Shown here: positions 17,901-23,276 of the stretch, piece after piece | How positions within the stretch are numbered: the stretch's first letter is position 1 | Layout of the letters: each line of letters starts with the position of its first letter | Assembly: GCA_015522145.1 (NCBI GenBank) | Contig: WAMV01000010.1 | Span: forward strand, 1 to 23,276 | DNA length: 23,276 bases | Direction of reading: 5' to 3' | DNA from: Candidatus Aenigmatarchaeota archaeon | GTDB taxonomy: Archaea; Aenigmatarchaeota; Aenigmatarchaeia; CG10238-14; WAMV01 | The notes under the pieces: model-generated | Database searches by the model: none | What the model was told of the DNA's origin: nothing | The model's input: the letters and a program-made list of their open reading frames with translations, nothing else | Made by a program: the position numbers and the translations under genes

Positions 17901-18494
17901 TTATTTTGCTAAATTTAAATTTTTCCTTACGAAATAACCCCTCAAAATACCATTTTGATCTTTATAATCAAACCTACTCATGTGATTATCTATCAATTTA
18001 TAATGAACTTCTGGAGGTACTTCTTGCAAATATTTTTTATTTATTTTTAATGATTCAGGATAAAGCCCAATGTATAAAGATATTAAATAACATATTTTAC
18101 TAACTCTTTCTACTTCATCCAGATGTTTGTAAGCATTCATCGGTTTCCAATTTATAACATTAAAAGATGAAACACCATCGATAGAACCATCTCTTATTGG
18201 TAAATTGTAAGCTTCTGTTAGCACCACATCACAACTTACATTCCTGTATTTCATAGATTCTTGAGCTATTTTTTTAGCATTTTGCCAATCTAGTTCTGTG
18301 CAAATAAGATAGGTATTTTCTTTAAACAAATCATTAACTACATTACTGAATTTTTCATCACCACTTCCCACATCTAGAAATGTATTAGCATTTAAGTTTT
18401 TAGCTAGTCTAAGAAAAATTCTATATGCTTTTGTCCTCTGACCTTTCAAATACCTTTCTCTTTTCTTTTTATCTTTAACATATTCTAATCTCAT
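17901..18494 (-). CDS. Class I SAM-dependent methyltransferase
   Basis: Motif I FLDVGSG, acidic ELD, LPIRDGSIDGV and LDEVERV. Confidence 0.8.
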   Translation of the reverse strand: MRLEYVKDKKKRERYLKGQRTKAYRIFLRLAKNLNANTFLDVGSGDEKFSNVVNDLFKENTYLICTELDWQNAKKIAQESMKYRNVSCDVVLTEAYNLPIRDGSIDGVSSFNVINWKPMNAYKHLDEVERVSKICYLISLYIGLYPESLKINKKYLQEVPPEVHYKLIDNHMSRFDYKDQNGILRGYFVRKNLNLAK

Positions 18495-18497
18495 AAG

Positions 18498-18572
18498 TGG
18501 GCGGGGTGGGATTTGAACCCACGACCTCCCGGTTATCAGCCGGGCGCTCCAACCAGGCTAAGCTACCCGCCC
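18498..18572 (-). tRNA. tRNA-Ile(GAT)
   Basis: GGGCGGG...CCCGG-CT-GAT-AA-CCGGG...GGTTCAAATCC...CCCGCCC+A; complete cloverleaf. Confidence 0.96.
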
Positions 18573-18608
18573 ACTAACAATATTTTGTTGATAATTTAAA
18601 ATTAAATT

Positions 18609-19313
18609 ATGCTAATAGCTGCTGTAGCAGATGTTTTTTCACCAAGATACTATATGGAATTTTTAAAAGCTTTGGAGGACTTTAATCAAAAACCAGATTT
18701 ATTCATAATAGCTGGTGACATGGTATACCAAAACAATTTTGAAGAATATGTTAAAATAAAAAATGCTTTGATGGGCAAAATATTTTGTCCAATAATAGCA
18801 ACTATAGGCAATAATGAAGAGGAGATAGAAGATAAACTTAAAGAAGAAATTAAAGAGATAAGATTTCTAAATGATCAAAGCATAATATTAACAATAAATT
18901 ATAGAGAGGTTGGTATATTTGCTAGCATAGGTATTGTGGATGAGCCAACTTCTTACATGCGCAAAAAATATGCTAATCCAGAAATGCTTATGGAGCAAAG
19001 AGCTATAAAGATGCATAAAAACTTAATAAGGTTGAAAACAAGATACAGAATTTTGGTTACGCATTTTGCACCAACTTTTAAAACTTTGGAAGGTGAAAAT
19101 CCAGCTTTTTACAAACAACTTGGCTCTTTGAAAGCAGAAAAAATAATTATAGAGACTAAACCAGATTTAGTTATTCATGCCACAGCAACAAGAGGCAAAA
19201 AATTTGCTTGGGTAGATACCGTGCCTGTGTTTAACGTTTCTTTTCCTTTAAACAAAGAAATTGTTTTGATAGATACAGAAGAGCTTAAGCCTGGGCTTGA
19301 GAAATTTGTATAA
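18609..19313 (+). CDS. Icc-related metallophosphoesterase-fold protein with degenerate metal ligands
   Basis: Motif layout AVADVF / AGDMV / GNNE / THFAP / IHATAT matches the calcineurin-like fold, but several His ligands are replaced. Confidence 0.8.
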   Translation: MLIAAVADVFSPRYYMEFLKALEDFNQKPDLFIIAGDMVYQNNFEEYVKIKNALMGKIFCPIIATIGNNEEEIEDKLKEEIKEIRFLNDQSIILTINYREVGIFASIGIVDEPTSYMRKKYANPEMLMEQRAIKMHKNLIRLKTRYRILVTHFAPTFKTLEGENPAFYKQLGSLKAEKIIIETKPDLVIHATATRGKKFAWVDTVPVFNVSFPLNKEIVLIDTEELKPGLEKFV

Positions 19314-19388
19314 GTATGCCCCCACCTCGTGCATCCCTCTTCATTGCTAGCCTTAGCTTTAGCTAGAGGGAGGCTATCAAGGTGGGGC
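19312..19388 (-). ncRNA. Single-hairpin box H/ACA pseudouridylation guide RNA
   Basis: Lower stem CCCCACCTT/GAGGTGGGG; pocket GATAGCC + TGCAC; upper stem TCCCTC/GAGGGA; UA/GA-type K-turn (TA-GCTA...TAGC-AAT-GA-A); ANA box (ATA) 16 nt from the top of the pocket. Confidence 0.8.
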
Positions 19389-19433
19389 TAAAATAGAAAT
19401 AATATTAAGATAAAATAAAGTTAACGTGATATC

Positions 19434-21854
19434 ATGGAACTAAAAGAAAAGTTAAAGCTAAGGAAATTAATAAAAGAGCTTAAATCATACAAAGGAAGAC
19501 ATACGGAATTAGTTAGTGTATATATTCCTTCTGGCTATAATCTTGTCGACGCAGTTAACATGCTTAGGACAGAAGTTTCTACAGCCCAAAACATCAAATC
19601 CAAAACTACACGCAAGAATGTTGTTGAAGCGTTAGAGAAAATATTGCAGCATCTTAAGCTGTTTCGTGAAACCCCACCAAATGGCTTGGTAGTTTTTGCC
19701 GGCAACGTTTCACAAGAAGAAGGCAAACCAGATGTTAGGGTTTGGTCTATTGAGCCACCAGAGCCATTGAGAACAAAACTTTATTGGTGTGACCAAGTTT
19801 TTGTTACTGAGCCACTAGAAGAAATGTTAGAGGAAAAGGACAATTATGGTTTAATAGTTATGGATGGAAGTGAAGCTATCATAGGCGTGCTAAGCGGTAA
19901 ATCTATAAAGAAACTAAAAAGAATTGAAAGCTTGGCACCTAGCAAATCAGTTAAAGGTGGTATGTGTGTATGCGAAGACACACTTATTCAGCTTTCCGAC
20001 GGAAACATAATACCAATTAAAAACTTAATAAACGGTCAAAAAATCTTGTCCTATTCCCTGAAAGATATGAAACCAACATATGTTGATCATTTTGAGATTT
20101 TCAAAAGAAGGGCTAGAGTTGCGTATAAGCTTATATTTAAGTATCCCAGCTTACAACTAACCTTGACCCCAGAACACATAGTTTTTGTAGTAACAGAAAA
20201 TGGAATAGAAGAAAAAAGTGTGGAAGAACTAAGACCTGGTGATAAATTATTAATGGTTTTTGATATAAAGGTTAAAGGAAAAACTACAAATAAAAGTGGT
20301 AAGTTCTATCAATTGCTGGGCTACATTACAGGAGACGGAACCTTTGATAACAACAGAATAATTTTTTACGATAAAGATAAAGAGCTGCTGGAATTTTATG
20401 CTAAAATAGCTGAAACAACTTTAGGCAAAAAGCCAAAAATTTTGAAAAGGAGAAATGCTTATGAAGCCAGAATTTATAGCAAAGAAATAGCAAGCAAAAT
20501 TTCAAAAAAATATAAGGAAGTTGCTAAACTTAGTAGAGAAAGAGATATATCAGAGGAGATTTTGAAACTTCCTAATTATAAACTGAAGTTTTACTTGAGA
20601 GGCATCTTTGATGCAGAAGGTTATATAGATAAGAAAAGTATAGGTATGAGATTATCTAGTGAAATTTTAGCTAAAAAGCTTCATCTATTATTGCTAAGAT
20701 TTGGAATAGTAAGTAGCTTAAGAGGTCCAGATAAGCTTGGTAGGCTTGAGTTAAGAATAACAAACCCAATCATGATTAAGAGATTCTACCAAAACATTGG
20801 TTTTAGTAGTAAGAAAAAAATGAAAAAACTACATGAATTGCTAAGAAAGCATAAAATGAGCTATTCATTTAAAGCTCCAGTTAACGGATTGTTGGTAAGA
20901 AAAATAATTGAAGAAATGGGCTTAAAGAAGGAGGACATTAAAAAATACAGCATGTTTTTATCCGGTAAGAGAAGCATTTCATATCCAATATTTAAGAAAC
21001 TAGTAAAAGAAGTTGAAAGAAAAGCAAGAAGCAAGAAATACTTATCTTTGCTAAAGAGGATGCTTAATTCAAAACTAATCTCAATTACTTTATACCAGAA
21101 GCTGAAAATAAAAACCAGTAAAAGGTTTTACGATTTGTACATCCCCTCCACAAACAGTTTTATTGCACAAGGTATACTAGTTCATAATTCACAAAGACGT
21201 TATGATAGAATTAGAGAACAGGCTCTGATAGAGTACTATAGAAAAGTTGGGGAAATTGCTTCTAAACTATTTTTGGATTTGCCTAATTTGAAAGGTGTAA
21301 TAATAGGTGGGCCAGGTCCGATTAAAGAAAGATTTTATGAAGGAGATTATCTTGATCATAGAATAAGAGAAAAAGTTTTAGGTGTTAAAAGCGTTGGTTA
21401 CGTTAATGAATATGGGTTAGAGGAATTAGTTAAGAGAAGTGAAGATTTAATCCAAGAAGCTGAAATAATGAAAGAAAGAAAACTACTTCAGCAATTCTTT
21501 GCAAACATTCATAAGAAAGGCGAGAAAATCGTTTATGGTTTGGAAGATACTTTGAAAGCTTTAGAAATTGGTGCTCTAGACACAATAATGATTTCTGAAG
21601 ATTTTGATTATGTTAAGAGAAAAATAAAGAAAAATGGTAAGGAAGAAGTGGTTTATCAAAGAGAGAACGAAAGCTATGAAGGCGAACTAATAGAGGAAAC
21701 AGATTTATTGGAAGAAATAGAAAAGCTAGCTAAACAGTTTGGAACTAAAATCGAGTTCATATCAGACTCTACAAATGAAGGAAGACAATTTAAGAATCTT
21801 GGAGGAATTGGTGGTTTACTAAGGTATAGAATCAAAGACTTACAGGCAAGCTAA
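19434..21854 (+). CDS. prf1: Peptide chain release factor aRF1, intein-containing (398-aa extein)
   Basis: GRHTELVSVYIP, NIKS, YWCDQVF, GPGPIK and GGIGGLLRY; the GGQ position reads GGM. Confidence 0.96.
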   Translation: MELKEKLKLRKLIKELKSYKGRHTELVSVYIPSGYNLVDAVNMLRTEVSTAQNIKSKTTRKNVVEALEKILQHLKLFRETPPNGLVVFAGNVSQEEGKPDVRVWSIEPPEPLRTKLYWCDQVFVTEPLEEMLEEKDNYGLIVMDGSEAIIGVLSGKSIKKLKRIESLAPSKSVKGGMCVCEDTLIQLSDGNIIPIKNLINGQKILSYSLKDMKPTYVDHFEIFKRRARVAYKLIFKYPSLQLTLTPEHIVFVVTENGIEEKSVEELRPGDKLLMVFDIKVKGKTTNKSGKFYQLLGYITGDGTFDNNRIIFYDKDKELLEFYAKIAETTLGKKPKILKRRNAYEARIYSKEIASKISKKYKEVAKLSRERDISEEILKLPNYKLKFYLRGIFDAEGYIDKKSIGMRLSSEILAKKLHLLLLRFGIVSSLRGPDKLGRLELRITNPIMIKRFYQNIGFSSKKKMKKLHELLRKHKMSYSFKAPVNGLLVRKIIEEMGLKKEDIKKYSMFLSGKRSISYPIFKKLVKEVERKARSKKYLSLLKRMLNSKLISITLYQKLKIKTSKRFYDLYIPSTNSFIAQGILVHNSQRRYDRIREQALIEYYRKVGEIASKLFLDLPNLKGVIIGGPGPIKERFYEGDYLDHRIREKVLGVKSVGYVNEYGLEELVKRSEDLIQEAEIMKERKLLQQFFANIHKKGEKIVYGLEDTLKALEIGALDTIMISEDFDYVKRKIKKNGKEEVVYQRENESYEGELIEETDLLEEIEKLAKQFGTKIEFISDSTNEGRQFKNLGGIGGLLRYRIKDLQAS
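19965..21188 (+). mobile_element. Intein (408 aa) with a LAGLIDADG homing endonuclease
   Basis: N-terminal CVCEDT, block B TPEH, endonuclease blocks LLGYITGDG and YLRGIFDAEG, block F FYDL, and C-terminal VHN followed by Ser. Confidence 0.95.
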
Positions 21855-22614
21855 AGAATTTTTTTGCATTCTTGCCACAAGTTTTCCAAACATCTTCAAA
21901 CTCAATTTCTTTTATTTCAGCTATTTTCTCTGCAACAATTTTAATTGTTTTGGGTTCATTTCTTTCTTTTTCCTTTCTTAATAACCAGTTTGGCGACATC
22001 CAAGGAGCATCTGTCTCTAGCATTATTAGCTCTAAAGGTACCTTTTCCACAATTCTCCTATGTTTCTTGCTAACTAGAATTATTGGCCCTACTGAAATTA
22101 ACCAATTGTTATCTATTACTTGCTTTATATATTCTTCTGCTCCAAACATGTGCCAATGGATTTTATCTATATCACTTTTTTCTAAAATTTTCAAACATTG
22201 TTTGTTTGCGTTCCTACAATGAATAGTCAAGGGCAAATTTAATTCTTTAGCCAACTCAATATGTTGTGAGAACATTTCTATTTGTCTTTTTCTTTGAACT
22301 TCATCTTTAACCCAGTAAAAATCCAGACCTGTTTCGCCAATACCGACCAGTTTTTTGGATTTGTTCTTTATTGTGTTCAAAATTTCCAATATTTGCTCAT
22401 CATTAAATTCCTCTATGTATTCAGGATGCAAAGCAGCTTCATAGAAAACATAATCTTTGAATTCTTCTATCAACTGAAAAGCTCTCTCGAACTGAGAAGG
22501 ATGGGTTACACAATTCACAACTGCTTTTACTCCTTCTTTTTTAGAATTTTCTATAACTTGTTTTAAATCGTTTTTATAATCTTCTTGCTCCAAATGACAA
22601 TGTGCATCTATCAT
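21832..22614 (-). CDS. tatD: TatD-family deoxyribonuclease
   Basis: [23 protein letters not shown] and LETDAP; start at the ATG at 22614, overlapping the rpl13e stop (ATGA). Confidence 0.93.
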   Translation of the reverse strand: MIDAHCHLEQEDYKNDLKQVIENSKKEGVKAVVNCVTHPSQFERAFQLIEEFKDYVFYEAALHPEYIEEFNDEQILEILNTIKNKSKKLVGIGETGLDFYWVKDEVQRKRQIEMFSQHIELAKELNLPLTIHCRNANKQCLKILEKSDIDKIHWHMFGAEEYIKQVIDNNWLISVGPIILVSKKHRRIVEKVPLELIMLETDAPWMSPNWLLRKEKERNEPKTIKIVAEKIAEIKEIEFEDVWKTCGKNAKKFFSLPVSL

Positions 22615-22796
22615 TTTTTCAAACTTTTTAACATTTCTACATTTTCTGACCAAACACTTTTTCTTCTTTTATCAACTCTTATCCCAAGCTTTTTTGCTTC
22701 TTTAATCGTAAGGCCAGCTAACCTTAGCTCGCCTAAACTAAAACCTTTACCTTTCCTTTTCTTATTTTTAGAATATACAATTGCTTCTGCCAACAT
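22611..22796 (-). CDS. rpl13e: 50S ribosomal protein eL13 (L13e), short archaeal form
   Basis: [16 protein letters not shown] and [10 protein letters not shown]...ENVEML signature. Confidence 0.93.
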   Translation of the reverse strand: MLAEAIVYSKNKKRKGKGFSLGELRLAGLTIKEAKKLGIRVDKRRKSVWSENVEMLKSLKK

Positions 22797-22798
22797 GG

Positions 22799-23188
22799 CT
22801 AACTACCTTCTATTAAAACAGCGTTAACTACACCATGTTGACCAGGTCTGGATATTACTTTAGCTTTTCCCAACTCAGTTTGTATTATACTACCTTTAGT
22901 TATAATCTTTCTTCTTGAGAAGTGTGGATTTGCAGGATTTTCAATAACATCTATTATCTTTACTTTTTTAGCTTTCTTAGTTTTAGGATCAAAAACATTT
23001 GCATATTCTGCTGAATAAAGCTTTAACTTTAAGCCTCCTCCTTTTGTTCTAATTTTCTTTAAAATGGTTTGTCCTATTTTTGTTAAAGTTGGTAATCTAC
23101 CAAGTTCGTATTTTCTTTTCTTTCTTCTATGTGGCCTTGTTTTACCACCACTTTTCTTTCTTTTTCTTTCACCATGCCATATTGCCAT
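22799..23188 (-). CDS. rps8e: 30S ribosomal protein eS8
   Basis: [22 protein letters not shown] and [13 protein letters not shown]. Confidence 0.97.
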   Translation of the reverse strand: MAIWHGERKRKKSGGKTRPHRRKKRKYELGRLPTLTKIGQTILKKIRTKGGGLKLKLYSAEYANVFDPKTKKAKKVKIIDVIENPANPHFSRRKIITKGSIIQTELGKAKVISRPGQHGVVNAVLIEGS

Positions 23189-23276
23189 ACATTTAATTAA
23201 TTTTCAACATTACTTAAATTTTACCTATGAAAAAATTGCGCATTATGTAGAAAAAAATATAAAGTTTTTAAATGAA

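Noticed and set aside
16978..18494. Integrated element at the tRNA-Glu or tRNA-Ile 3' ends
   Set aside because: No integrase and no duplicated tRNA 3' end (att site) were seen; only the compositional hint remains.
19318..19388. Intrinsic terminator, SECIS, split-tRNA half or aRF1 leader hairpin
   Set aside because: There is no U-tract or tRNA arm, and the minus-strand H/ACA model explains the pocket, K-turn, ANA box and rRNA complementarity together.

Overview
Compact, AT-rich archaeal chromosome segment with very short intergenic spaces and GC-rich tRNAs lacking encoded CCA. The gene content suggests a DPANN-like lineage, which is an inference. Housekeeping and conserved genes: the 5' end of a bacterial-type MetRS, nurA, sepF, a TIGR00288-type NYN protein, DUF1512, a 54-aa short histone missed by the ORF track, an Lhr helicase with its metallophosphoesterase, uL16/L10e, ppsA, a PLD-family protein, a cation/Ca2+ exchanger, an NTPase, an MscS-type TM protein, a HAD hydrolase, a SAM methyltransferase, a degenerate metallophosphoesterase, aRF1, tatD, eL13 and eS8. 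There are four tRNAs: Gly-TCC and Glu-TTC with introns, Thr-GGT and Ile-GAT. Most notable: (1) a head-to-head pair of an exonuclease-intact, polymerase-dead PolB with a PIP box and a large Cas4-like nuclease fusion, with no cas1 or CRISPR; (2) an aRF1 whose GGQ motif reads GGM, with a LAGLIDADG intein inserted immediately after it; (3) a 42-nt tRNA-Glu intron that looks like a minimal C/D guide for its own wobble U34, plus C/D boxes in the tRNA-Gly intron; (4) an intergenic H/ACA guide RNA predicted to target 16S helix 34. All calls come from reading motifs by eye; no searches were run.
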